A DNA stretch of 64,000 nt, taken from Narcine bancroftii. Its lineage: Eukaryota. The stretch covers positions 72,106,001-72,170,000 of the forward strand of contig NC_091473.1 of the NCBI RefSeq assembly GCF_036971445.1, written 5' to 3'. Each line of letters starts with the position of its first letter. Within the stretch, counting starts at the first letter, position 1. The notes under the pieces were generated by a model. It was not told where the DNA came from and made no database searches. It worked only from the letters and a program-made list of their open reading frames with translations. Position numbers and translations under genes: made by a program. This document shows positions 1 through 11,225 of the stretch, one piece after another.

Positions 1-1298
1 GCAACTGACCAATGTGCAGTCGCTTTTATGTTTAACAATAAGCAGCAGGGTAAAATCAAAAACAATAAGAATAGAACTCTCCACCTATAACTATGACCTC
101 TCGTATCAGCCTGGGAAACTCAACAAGTCTTCAGATGCCCTGCCTCAGGAGACGTGCGCCAGTTCATAGTCTGACCAACTCCAAGCAATCCAAGATGTCC
201 TCTGTCACCCCAGGGTCACCAGGTTCTTTCACTTTGTCAAAGCCAGAAACTGCCAGGTCTGTGCTGAGTGCAAGCCATGCTTCTACAAGGCTGAAAGTTA
301 CACCTGATCAAGGCCACCTATTCCTTTGAACTCCTGAGCATGGATTTCAAGGGGATCCTGCCCTCCTCCAACCGAAACCGATACTTCCTCAACATCAATT
401 CACTTTTGCTATCCTCTGCCTGGATGTGACCATGGCCACAGTCATAAAGGTAACATCTTTACCCTATTCAAGTACTCGAGCTAACTTCACAGTGACAGGC
501 GGTCCTCATTCATGAGTGACGAGTTGCATCAGTACTTTTTGACATGGGGCATCGCCACTAGTAGAACCACCAGCTATAATCCCTGAGTGAACAGCCAGGT
601 GAAACTGGGGAATGCCACCGTTTGGAAGGCAGTCCTCCTAGCCTTGAAATCAAAGGCCTACCCATCTCCCATTGGCAGGAGGTTCTCCCTGAGACACTCC
701 ACGCAATTAGATCCCTCCTGTGTACACCCACTATCACCATGCTACATGAACGAATGTTTTCCTTCCCTCGGAAGTCTGTGTTGGGGACAATGCCACCATC
801 CTGGTTAATCTCCCCAGTACTAGTCCAGCTCCAGAGGCATGTGTGAGGCCATAAGACTGACCCACTGGTCGAGAAGGTCCACCTTCTCTAAGCCAACCCC
901 CAATACAGCTACAGGGCATACCTGGATGGGCACAAAAACACTGTCTCTGTGCAGGACCTGGTGTGCGCAGGAGACCCCATGACTGCCACCAACCCAGTAA
1001 GACCTACTACCACTATCAACCACTGTATATCCGGGCACCCTACCCCGACCCATGCACCAGCTCTCCGACCACCACGGCCGGCCCTCAGCACCTTGCCCCG
1101 ACCTCCACCCCACCTGCCCCTCCCCAGTCACCAGGTAAGTCAACTGCTCACATGCTCCAAATAGACGAGAAACCGGCAGCTGTGCCACAGGCTGACACCA
1201 TGGTGGTCCCTGAGACAAAGAATACCACCAGACTGGCTAAACTTGTGATGGACACTGAACCCACTCCTCCTGGCTGGACTTTCTTTTAAAAGAGGGGG
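1..1298 (+). mobile_element. Degenerate Ty3/Gypsy internal 3' part (RNase H end, integrase, polypurine tract)
   Basis: Frame-broken integrase peptides (MDFKGILPSSNRNRYFL, ATVWKAVLLALKSK, WQEVLPETLHAIRSLLCT) are clearly homologous to the integrase at 11220-12215. A purine tract AAAAGAGGGGG sits at about 1288-1298. Confidence 0.85.
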
Positions 1299-2960
1299 TG
1301 CAGTTATACCATTGGTACCGTAACTCTGTGAATCGCTAGCCCTGTAACTCCTCCACCTGTTTCTTTGGCTTGGCTTCGCGGATGAAGATCTATGGAGGGG
1401 TAAATGTCCACGTCAGCTGCAGGCTCGTTTGTGGCTGACAAGTCCAATGCGGGACAGGCAGACACGGTTGCAGCGGTTGCAGGGGAAAATTGGTTGGTTG
1501 GGGTTGGGTGTTGGGTTTTTCCTCCTTTGTCTTTTGTCAGTGAGGTGGGCTCTGCGGTCTTCTTCAAAGGAGGTTGCTGCCCGCCAAAATGTGAGGCGCC
1601 AAGATGCACGGTTTGAGGCGATATCAGCCTACTGGCGGTGGTCAATGTGGAAAGCACCAAGAGATTTCTTTAGGCAGTCCTTGTACCTCTTCTTTGGTGC
1701 ACCTCTGTCACGGTGGCCAGTGGAGCGCTCGCCATATAACACGATCTTGGGAAGGCGATGGTCCTCCATTCTGGAGATGTGACCTACCCAGCGCAGTTGG
1801 ATCTTCAACAGCGTGGATTCGATGCTGTCGGCCTCTGCCATCTCGAGTACTTCGATGTTAGGGATGAAGTCGCTCCAATGAATGTTGAGGATAGAGTGGA
1901 GACAACGCTGGTGGAAGCGTTCCAAGAGCCGTAGATGATACCAGTAGAGGACCTATGATTCGGATCCGAACAGGAGTGTGGGTATGACAACGGCTCTGTA
2001 TACGCTAATCTTTGTGAGGTTTTTCAGTTGGTTGTTTTTCCAGACTCTTTTGTGTAGTCCTCCAAAGGCACTACTTGCCTTGGCGAGTCTGTTGTCTATC
2101 TCGTTGTCGATCCTTGCATCCGATGAAATAGTGCAGCTGAGATAGGTAAACTGGTTGACCGTTTTGAGTTTTGTGTGCCCGATGGAGATGTGGGGGGGGG
2201 GGCTGGTAGTCATGGTGGGGTGCTGGCTGTTGGAGGTCCTCAGTTTTCTTCAGGCTGACTTCCAGGCCAAACATTTTGGCAGTTTCCGCAAAACAGGACG
2301 TCAAGCGCTGAAGAGCTGGCTCTGAATGGGCAACTAAAGCGGCATCATCTGCAAAGAGTAGTTCACGGACAAGTTGCTCTTGTGTTTTGGTGTGAGCTTG
2401 CAGGTGCCTCAGATTGAAGAGACTGCCATCCGTGCGGTACCGGATGTAAACAGCATCTTCATTGTTGAGGTCTTTCATGGCTTGGTTCAGCATCATGCTG
2501 AAGAAGATTGAAAAGAGGGTTGGTGCGAGAACGCAGCCTTGCTTCACGCCATTGTTAATGGAGAAGGGTTCAGAGAGCTCATTGCTGTATCTGACCCGAC
2601 CTTGTTGGTTTTCGTGCAGTTGGATAACCATGTTGAGGAACTTTGGGGGGCATCCGAGGCGCTCTAGTATTTGCCAAAGCCTTTACCTGCTCACGGTGTC
2701 GAAGGCTTTGGTGAGGTCAACAAAGGTGATGTAGAGTCGTTTGTTTTGTTCTCTGCACTTTTCTTGGAGCTGTCTGAGGGCAAAGACCATGTCAGTAGTT
2801 CCTCTGTTTGCGCGAAAGCCGCACTGTGATTCTGGGAGAACATTCTCGGCGACACTAGGTATTATAACCCCCCTCTGTAACTCCCCAATAAAGGAGATTA
2901 CACCCAAGTCCCTCTTATGAATCCTGGAATTGGGCCGGCATCATTGATGATATATCAGTT
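1299..2960 (+). mobile_element. Probable 3' LTR of the Gypsy above, split by an RTE insertion (pieces about 1299-1360 and 2866-2960)
   Basis: TG follows the purine tract directly. Non-RTE sequence with AATAAA near 2887 resumes after the RTE. The right end is uncertain. Confidence 0.45.
1361..2865 (-). mobile_element. RTE-clade LINE, 5'-truncated, RT domain to 3' end, frameshifted
   Basis: Peptides LPESQCGFRANRGTTDMVF, FVDLTKAFD, GVKQGCVLAPTLF, LLFADD, RLAKASSAFG, QLRWVGHISRMEDHRLPK. The 3' end reads GCGAAGCCAAGCCAAAGAA. Confidence 0.93.
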
Positions 2961-2964
2961 CTTC

Positions 2965-3165
2965 AGATGAGAGATTTGTCCTATCAGGAGAGATTAGACA
3001 TATTATGTTTGTATTCCTTTGAGCTTGGAAGAATGAGGTATGACCTTACTTAAACATAGAAAATCCAAAGGGAGATTGATAGTGTAGACATTGAGATGTT
3101 TCCACAAGTCGGAGTCATGAACAGGGGGACAGAACTACAAAATAATAGTTCAGTCACTTAAAACT
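2965..3165 (+). mobile_element. Old CR1-type LINE 3' fragment
   Basis: Degenerate YQERL..L.LYSLE.RRMRGDL-like coding pattern, similar to 61560-61740. Confidence 0.55.
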
Positions 3166-3200
3166 TATTTACAGCCTAATAGAAGCTCATTCCAGCTATT

Positions 3201-4200
3201 TCAAATCAAGTCAAGTTTATTATCATCTGAATGCAGAAGTACAACCAAACGAAACAGCATTCTCTAGTCCTTGGAGCAAAACATGCAGACATAACACACA
3301 TACAGACAAACAACCATATTCAGGGCAAGTATTCATCTATACACATAAATAAATAAATAGTTTTATAACTATGAACTCTCAGATGGTTGGTGTGAGCAGT
3401 TCCTTTGGTTGTTCAGCATTCTCATGGTCCACGAGAAGAAGCTCTTCCTCAGCCTGGTGGTGCTGGCTTTGCTACTCCTGTATCTCTTTCCTGATGGGAA
3501 CAGCTGAAAGATGCTGCGTGTGGGGTGGAAGGGGTCCTCGGTGATTTTGTGTGCCATCTTCAGACAACGATACTGGTAGATCACATCGATGGGGGTGGAA
3601 GGAGACCCCATTGATCCTTTCTGCCACTCTTATTCCACCGTGATGCAACCTGCCAGAATACTCTTGATACAGCTCTTATAGAAGGTTGACATGATGTTGG
3701 CCAATCTCTTCTCAGGAAGTACAGTCACTGTTGCATCTTCCTGATAAGTGAGGAGATGCTATGGGTCCACAACAGGTCACTAGTTAAGTGGACTCCAAGA
3801 AAGTTGGTGCTCTCCTCTCTCTCTCCACTACAGAGTTATTGATGTGTAATGGAGGGTGGTTGTTCCTGGTGCTCCTGAAGTTCACAATCATCTCCTTCAA
3901 TTTGTCTACATTAAGACTCAGGTTGTTCCTCTCGCACCATTTCTCGACATTTTCATTTCTTCTCTGAAGGGTCAGTTGTTGCTGATGTTGTCAGCTACTG
4001 ACATGCCATCAGCAAACTTGATGACACTGTTGGAGCTAGATCTAACAAAGCAGTCATGGGTTTGCAGCATGAACAGGAGCGGGCTGAGCACAAAGCCCTG
4101 AGGTGCACAGCGGTCAGGATCACAGTGCTTAACGTTCTGCTACTGACCCGTACAGACCCTGGTCTTTCCATTAGGAAATCCAGAATGCAGTTACAGAGAG
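3201..4200 (-). mobile_element. Rex1/Babar-type LINE 3' part
   Basis: GFVLSPLLF...HDC...IKFAD and C-terminal KITEDPFHP..SIFQLFPSGKRYRS...TTRLRKSFF. It ends in an AATAAAC(TTGAC)n-type tail shared with the copy at 20402. Confidence 0.8.
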
Positions 4201-4420
4201 GCCTGTTGAGTCACCAGTGCCACCCAATTACACCCAAATTAATCGATAGCCCCTTACATTTTGGAAGGTGGGAGGAAACTAGAATCCCTGGGTGGGGGGG
4301 GGGGGAACACTCACGCAGTCACAGGGTGAACGTACAAACACCTTACGGAAAATTTCGGATTCGAACCCTAGTTGCTGGCAGTGTAATAGCATCATGTGAA
4401 CCTTGTCACTCACTGTACTG
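4200..4420 (-). mobile_element. tRNA-derived V-SINE (HE1-like)
   Basis: On the minus strand, B-box GGTTCGAATCC is followed by the V-domain-like GTACGTTCACCCTGTGACTGCGTG...GTTTCCTCCCACC. Four related copies occur in the window. Confidence 0.75.
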
Positions 4421-5627
4421 CCCTTCTGCAAGATTGTAGTGAATCTGTGGTATTTTCTACCCACCCCCGCCCACTTCCCTGTATAGTGGATGCCAGATCA
4501 TTAATATATTTAGAAATGTTACAGATAAGGTGAAGAAGGATACATATTTAATAGATCAAAGAATTAATTATATTGGAGAATTGACACAGGAAACCATAGA
4601 TCATCAGTGATCACATTGGGGGCGGCAGGACAGGTTTGAGTAATGATTCCAAAAGTGGGTGGCCCTGTGGACAATGTAAAGATCCAAAGGGACAGTGAGG
4701 GAAAAGGGGGGCGGTCCAAACCTTCCATCTTGTTATTTTTCAGTCTGCTCCAAAGTTTAATAAAGAAGCCAGTGCAGTGATTTTCTGGCCATGCTTGGGG
4801 AGGCAGTAATGAGCAAAATGAATGGTGACAAGGCGTTCTCGCAAGAGCTGGTCTTGGTGGCCACCATGTTGTATTGGCACCACTACTGCCTGCCCAGTGC
4901 CGCCACCCCTGCCCACTCAGTACCTCCACCTGTGCCAGCTCAGCACCACCACTCACCTTTGCCCATCCCGCTCAGCACCTCCACCCCTGCCTGCTCAATG
5001 CTGCCATCCATCCCTCCCCACTCTGCTCAGCACTGCCACACACCCCTCCACCCCAGCGCTGTTGTATTCGGTGGGGGGGGGGGAATGCTCAGGAAGTGGC
5101 CTGGAGGCCAAGGGAACGAAAGCCCAGAAAAGCTTGGGAACCACTGGGTTTGAAGAAGTGGCCTCTGCTCTTACTTTCCTATTTTCTTGTGTTCTTGTTG
5201 GCGTTACTGCTGCCATGATGTACAGAATCCCATTCTTTTGGTATTTTAATTGAAGTTGCACTAGGTGGCTCCAAAGTGTTGCTCAGTGCATTTGGATATT
5301 TTTCTTTTGCCGGTAGAGAAAGGAGAATCTCTAAAGAAGACTCCAAAATGATGAATGCTCCTGGTGGGGTCAATGAAAGCCTGCCCAGTGAAGTTGGAGG
5401 AGGGGAAAGGGTTTGTTTTAAAAAAAAGATGAGAGAAACAAATCAGGAGAAGGTGTTGCTTTGTGAGAATGTCATGCAGAAATGACGATGTCTTTTTAAA
5501 TATTCAACGTTAAGGAAAACAGAAGACATCCAAAAGAGGGTTGAGGACAATGAAGGATGATCAGCAATGTGAACAAGACAAATGCATTTGGGATGATTTT
5601 TTGAAGGCCTGGAAAGAGTTGGAAGGC

Positions 5628-5700
5628 AAAGAAGAGCAGGAGGATTTCACCTGGCATCCTGGCCAATATTTATCCTTCCAGCAACATGACAAAAGCAATG
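5628..5700 (+). mobile_element. DeuSINE-like (SacSINE1/AmnSINE-type) fragment
   Basis: GAAGAGCAGG...CCTGGCCAATATTTATCC motif recalled from the Deu domain. Short and recognised from memory. Confidence 0.5.
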
Positions 5701-6399
5701 AACATGTGAAAATTCAGCTGCATAAAATAGATTTTATTCCAAGTCATTTTTTGACTCCCCCTTCTCTTCTTGGTGCTCCCATTGTTGAGACAACCTGGTC
5801 TTCCTAGAGCAAGGCCAGAATGGGAGATTGTAGGATAGGCCCTCACTCCATGCAGTGAAATGACACCCTTTTGATATTCAGATGACCCTCACAGTCCCTG
5901 AAACAGTAATTCCTCTGATCATTGTCCCAGGATGAGCATCCGTCCCTTCGCTGAAGGTGCAGACACCTCCACAATAACTTGACGTCAGCCTATCCAACCC
6001 CTTCAAATTTCAGATTTATTGTCAGAGTACATGCATGACATCACTTACAACTCTGAAAGTCCTTTTATAGAGTAAAAAAATGCGACCGTTAGGGCAGAGA
6101 TTCTCTACCTTCATAAATGTTCCACAAGCAGCTCCAAAAATGTCGACTCCGATCCCTCTTCAGGCTTGTGGCAGAGGTGGAGCTCAGTGCTCCACCTCAT
6201 TTCATCAATGTACTGCCACTGCAAGCGGCTGGCTATGGGCAGGCTGATGACGATGCAATGAGACCGTCAGCCCGCGACCCAAGACTTCATATTCACAGGC
6301 ACAATGAAGCCCTGTCAGTATATACTAGGAAGCTCCTGGGAGGGTCGTCGGGAGAGCTGTTGCTGAGCGAGTTGTGGAAGGGAGAGTCGTGGGGAGCTG

Positions 6400-6969
6400 G
6401 GGGATCGCTGTGCGATTTCTGAACAGAAAATTGCGATTGTGTCAGAGCATGGTGATCATTAGCAAGGTGCCGGCTCTGAGAGTGGAGCATGAAACGGATT
6501 TGCGAATTACTACAGAGCAAAAGATGAGCGCTGAATAGTGCCCCCTCTATGACATTGGCCGCCAGCAACTTATCACCCAGTCGCCCACACACACTGAGCA
6601 GCAGGGATTTTTTGCTCAATTTTCCACTGTGTGAGGGTCGTAGCCACACGAAATGTGGATCCTGACTATGCCCATCACATTCAGAACTGTTGCCAAAGCT
6701 AGTCATGTTCCAGTTTGATTCTACTGCATTCCCACTTCATTGTCTTTGTTCATCCTTTGCCATTAGTTTTAAAGCTAGAGGTTTGAAGATGTTGAGGAAT
6801 TAACTGGCTAAATCAAGCATCCTTGAAGAAGAAGGATCAATGGCTGTTTTCGTTACCCATAATCCCATATGCAACTGAACCACTCTGGGAAACACAGAGT
6901 GGTTCCAGCTACATGTGAGAATTATGGTTAACAAAGACAGCCATTGCTTGCTGCATATTTATGCCGTCA
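6400..6969 (-). mobile_element. Highly decayed LTR-retrotransposon gag fragment
   Basis: Minus-strand CGYDPH..EN*AKK..SVCGRLG resembles paired gag zinc knuckles across a frameshift. It lies directly inside the LTR at 6970. Confidence 0.4.
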
Positions 6970-7149
6970 TGTTTGTACTGACAACAACCACACCAGCAGT
7001 GCGAGTATAAGACAGCTTTAATAAACTAATATGTACACTAAGAGGTCTTGTCTCTGCGAGACGAACCTGGAAGGCTGGACTGTAGCTCTGTACTGCTTTA
7101 TATACAAGGTCACCGGGATGACCTAATGATGTAATTACATATCACCACA
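6970..7149 (-). mobile_element. Short LTR (180 bp)
   Basis: TG...CA termini. The minus strand has a TATA-like GTATATAAAG followed by ATTAAA. Confidence 0.55.
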
Positions 7150-7549
7150 ATGTTGACTGGTGGTGCCTACATCAGCTCCAGTGGACACACCGATGTGTCA
7201 CTCCGCGTAAAAGCAATGCTGGAACAGCCTTTTAGGGCTGCTCTATAAAAAGGTAAGGGCAGATATTTCTCCAGAGGAGAAATGGAGGCTCTCCATAAAA
7301 AAAAAACAAATTGAGATTCTTTTTCCTGTGGGCAGGTCAGAAACACCATTCATTGATAGGGCAAAAAAAAACTACTCAACACACACATATAAACAAATGT
7401 AAATGTAAAGAAATGTAAACAAACTTTTCTGAGGAACTGATGACCTCCTTTACACCATCCGACTCCACCCCACTGCCATCCTTCCAACTAATCTCCCATC
7501 TTCCAGTGCCTCTCGTCCCAAAATGATCTCCCAGCATTCAATTCCCATA

Positions 7550-7880
7550 CTTCTATAACAGTCATACAGCAAGGAACAGGCCCTTGGGCCCAACTCACCC
7601 ATGCTAACTAAGCTAGTGTTCTGGTTTAATCCCACTTGTGTACATTTGGACAATATCCTCCTATGTCCAAATGCATTTTGAACATTGGAATGTTCAACAT
7701 TTTACATTTGAACAATTCTAGATTCATCTCCCCTGGGAAAATACTGAAAATTTACTTTATGCATGCGCCTAATAATTTTATAAACCTTCATATGATCATC
7801 CCTGAGCTTCCTATATTCCAGGAAATAAAGGCCCAGCCTCTCCCTATAAATGAATACCTGTTCTGCCAGCAACATTGAAG
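7550..7880 (-). mobile_element. Decayed CR1-type 3' fragment
   Basis: The GGAACAGGCCCTTGGGCCCAAC tail stem-loop and ATAATTTTATAAACC motif are typical of the CR1 copies in this window. Confidence 0.5.
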
Positions 7881-7889
7881 TAGCCAGTC

Positions 7890-8647
7890 GGCCCTTTCAA
7901 ACTGCTGTGTAAAATAGGATTAACCAGGCAATTTGCATGGTTAGCGCCCCAGTTACATGGCAGTTTGAAAGGGTCCAATGGGTCAACCCTGTCGGAACCC
8001 AACCGGATCCCTGATCTACCTCAAAGATAGTCAGGGAACCCAGTAAGACTTACCTAGGTCTTATCCACGGCCAATTTAGGTAAATGGCCAAACTGCTTAT
8101 TCCAGTCACCACAACAGCCATCATCTGAACGTCCTACCTATTCGCCATTTGGACTTCGATTTTTAAAAATTTTATCTATAGATGCCATATAATCAATTAC
8201 ATTACGTGCATTTCATTCACAATTTGTCACACATGGCTTTTACAAGTTGAAAAAGAAAATAGAAAGAAAAAAAGCCCCCCAACCCACCCTCAAAGACCCT
8301 AAGAAAAAAAAGAAAATCCCTAAGCCCCCCCTCCCTAAAAAAAATGGAAAAAAAACTTGAAAAGAAAGAAGAAAAAATGGAATGGATTTTTTTTTTAAGT
8401 TATAAAGATTACATAAACCAACACATTATAACATATCCAAATATGTATATCTTATGTTTTAAATCCAATCTAAATGTTAAACGTACTTCTGGCAGTACAT
8501 CCACTGAGTGTGTGACATGTCCTTCACCACATCATCATGGGGCCAGGATCCCCCTGTGATTTGAAAAGTGCTTCCAGCACCTTTGGCCCAGTAATTGCAC
8601 CAAGGTCCCAGGAGGGCAACCCAGGTGCTGCATTTTGAAAGGGGCTA
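7890..8647. mobile_element. Non-autonomous DNA transposon (MITE, possibly PIF/Harbinger-type) interrupted by an A-rich L1-3'-like segment (about 8160-8480)
   Basis: Terminal inverted match GCCCTTTCAAACTGC (7891-7905) with GCATTTTGAAAGGGGC (8630-8645), followed by TAA. Confidence 0.5.
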
Positions 8648-10099
8648 ATGATTTTCAAGCGTAACCTATTCTTTCAACATCTCCACTAAATTGATCACCT
8701 TCCTACATCAGGTAGTTTGGCCATTTAATCGATCAATGTTCAAATCTTTGCCCTGTGGTAGGACACTAAAGCACTGGAAAGAAATTTACATACTCACAGT
8801 CAGAACAAACACCACACAGTCGGCACCAAAGTTCACTATTGTACTTTTCATATGGAATGTATGATAAAATATAGTTCTTGCCTGCTGTTATCTGACTCCT
8901 GCATGAACCTCATACTAATAAAATAATTATGTATTTTATTTCTATCATTTGATCTCACTCTGGACTTGTGAGCTGTGTCTGGTTTGCTAGTAGTTAAAAT
9001 TCTATATTGGTGCCATTTTACTCAGAGGACAAGCAAACTACACTGATCAAATGAATTAGCGCATATAGCTCCTATTTTATGCATTGTTGAATATGTTCCT
9101 TCTTTAAAACCCTTTCAGTTTTATTTCTTTTTTTAAATACCCTCAGAAGATTGATTTCTATCAAGACTGAAAGCAGAATTTCTCCTGCCAGTCCCTGAAA
9201 ATCCTATTCAGAGTCGCAGAGTCTGGAACTACTGAGGCCATCCTCAACTGAATCAGTTAGTTTGTTCTGGGGCTGGAGTCCAGCAATTGGTCTGGCCAGC
9301 CAGTGTCTGCTAACGGGATAAGGCCCATCTTCCTCCACAACCCACCCTCTCCTCCCTGCAATGGATCAATTCAATCACTCATTGGAGTGTGGAATCTGTT
9401 TCAACCACTTCCTGACAGAGTGAGAATGCCACTCCTGACTGACACCTTGCAAGGATGTGACATGAAGTCACATTGCAACTGTGAACTCACCAGAATGTGA
9501 TTGCACATCTGCACCTGCCAGTATTGCCACATGATCCAAATGATATTTGCAAATATATTCACACTGTGTTTTGAGAGATCACCTGCGCATACTAACCACT
9601 GAGGAAGTACATGGATGAATGCTTAATTAAATTTTCCATCCAAATGGGTTTGAGTTTACATCTGATGAGTTTTGCTTCCAACTGCAGCCTCTGTGAGATG
9701 ATGCTGATGAGAGTTTATTATCATACACATAAGTACAATGTATAGAGGAATTAAAATTCATGCTTGCTACAATTATACAGGTATATAAAATGGAATTACA
9801 AAATAAGTATAAATTAAATTAGTGCACAAGAGAAAAAGGATGATAAAATATAAAAATATAGATGTTCACATTTGCAGTAAGTGCAAAAATATGTGATGTT
9901 CCTTTAGTACAGACAGAGTGAAGATGGGTGTCAGGTTGAGAGGACAGACAGAGAACTTCATTTACACATTATTATAATCTAGAAGACACAAGATGGTGGA
10001 GGCAGTTTTAAATGTTAATCTTCAAAAGGGAAATGGACAAATATGTGAAAAGAAATGAAACAGACAGATCTTTGATGAACATTTAGATGTGTGAGCCTA

Positions 10100-10460
10100 A
10101 TTGGACCACCTTCCTCAGCACCAGGATGACTGCCTCCTGTGCTGTAAGATTCTACACAAATCGTTTAAAGAAATTCATAGCAGCCATATCATCAATGAGA
10201 GATCATGGAGAGACAGAAATTCACATCAGTATCAGTTTCCCATCCCTGCACTGCTCAGTTCTACCTCCTACCCAAGATGCACCAACTCAATTAAGCCCCT
10301 CTACAAGACCTCACTAGAGAACATCAAGCCACCGTCTCCAGTACTTTTTCTAAACTCATCATCTCTGGTCACCTCCTCTTATGTCCTCCAATCTCATTGC
10401 TTCCCATTCCTGCACTGCCCAGTTCTACCTCCTACATAAGATACACAAACCCAATTAACC
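10100..10460 (+). mobile_element. Penelope-like RT fragment with an internal duplication of about 54 bp
   Basis: Two copies of a FYLLPK.H/FYLLHKIHKP motif at 10242-10295 and 10405-10458. Confidence 0.55.
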
Positions 10461-11119
10461 TACCCTTGAGTAGCTAAGATGTTCTGGCTGACCTCGTGTA
10501 CACAAACAAATTTGCCTCAGACTTACATGGAGATGGAGATGGTAGATTAGAGACTATTTAAGGAAAGGCAGAGAAACATTAGGAGGTAACCATGAAGGTC
10601 ATGGATTAGAAAGCTGTTTGTGGAAGTGCAGCCTTTATTTTGGGGCGGGATTGAGTGAGACTGCAAGATTATGAATGCCACAGATGAATGGCAAGGATGT
10701 CAGGGCAAATCATGGCTGGACAGCCCAGCACTCAAGCTAACCAACTTCAGACCCACATTTACCTGGGCCAAAGGTAGAGAGACAATTCCACTGCCCCTCA
10801 AATCAAGTGGGGAGGAATAGGTGATGTTAGACAGACCAGTGGAGCTCTGTTTCTTGTCAAATCTATCAATGATTTTAACAATTCATAAACAACTCTGGCA
10901 TTCAAAACTAGTTAAAAACAATTAAAATAAAAGAAAATAATTGAAAAATACATTGATGAAGTTTGAAAAATAGTTACAAAATCCAAAGTAATATAATTAA
11001 AATGATACCTTTTGTTCCTTAGCCACAGACTAGTGAACCTTGGTGAAGTTAATGGGGTCATGGATTCTACACCAAGTTTGATTGTCAGAGAATACAAGGT
11101 CATTGGGATGTGAAAAAAA

Positions 11120-11225
11120 AAACCCTCCAGATACTGGAAATCTAAAATAAAAACAGAAAAGGATGGAAATGCTCAGCAGATCAGGCTGCATCTGTGGGAA
11201 GAGAAAGAGAGTTGATGCTTCAGGT
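11120..11225 (-). mobile_element. Penelope pseudo-LTR-derived short repeat
   Basis: CAGATACTGGAAATCT...ATGCTCAGCAGATCAGGCTGCATCTGTGG. Related pieces lie at about 28085-28200, 51860-51945 and 53900-53990. Confidence 0.55.

Noticed and set aside
5980-5987. Other TGACGTCA palindromes (5980, 27476, about 43147)
   Set aside because: They are isolated or inside TEs, and the 8-mer alone is not evidence of a promoter.
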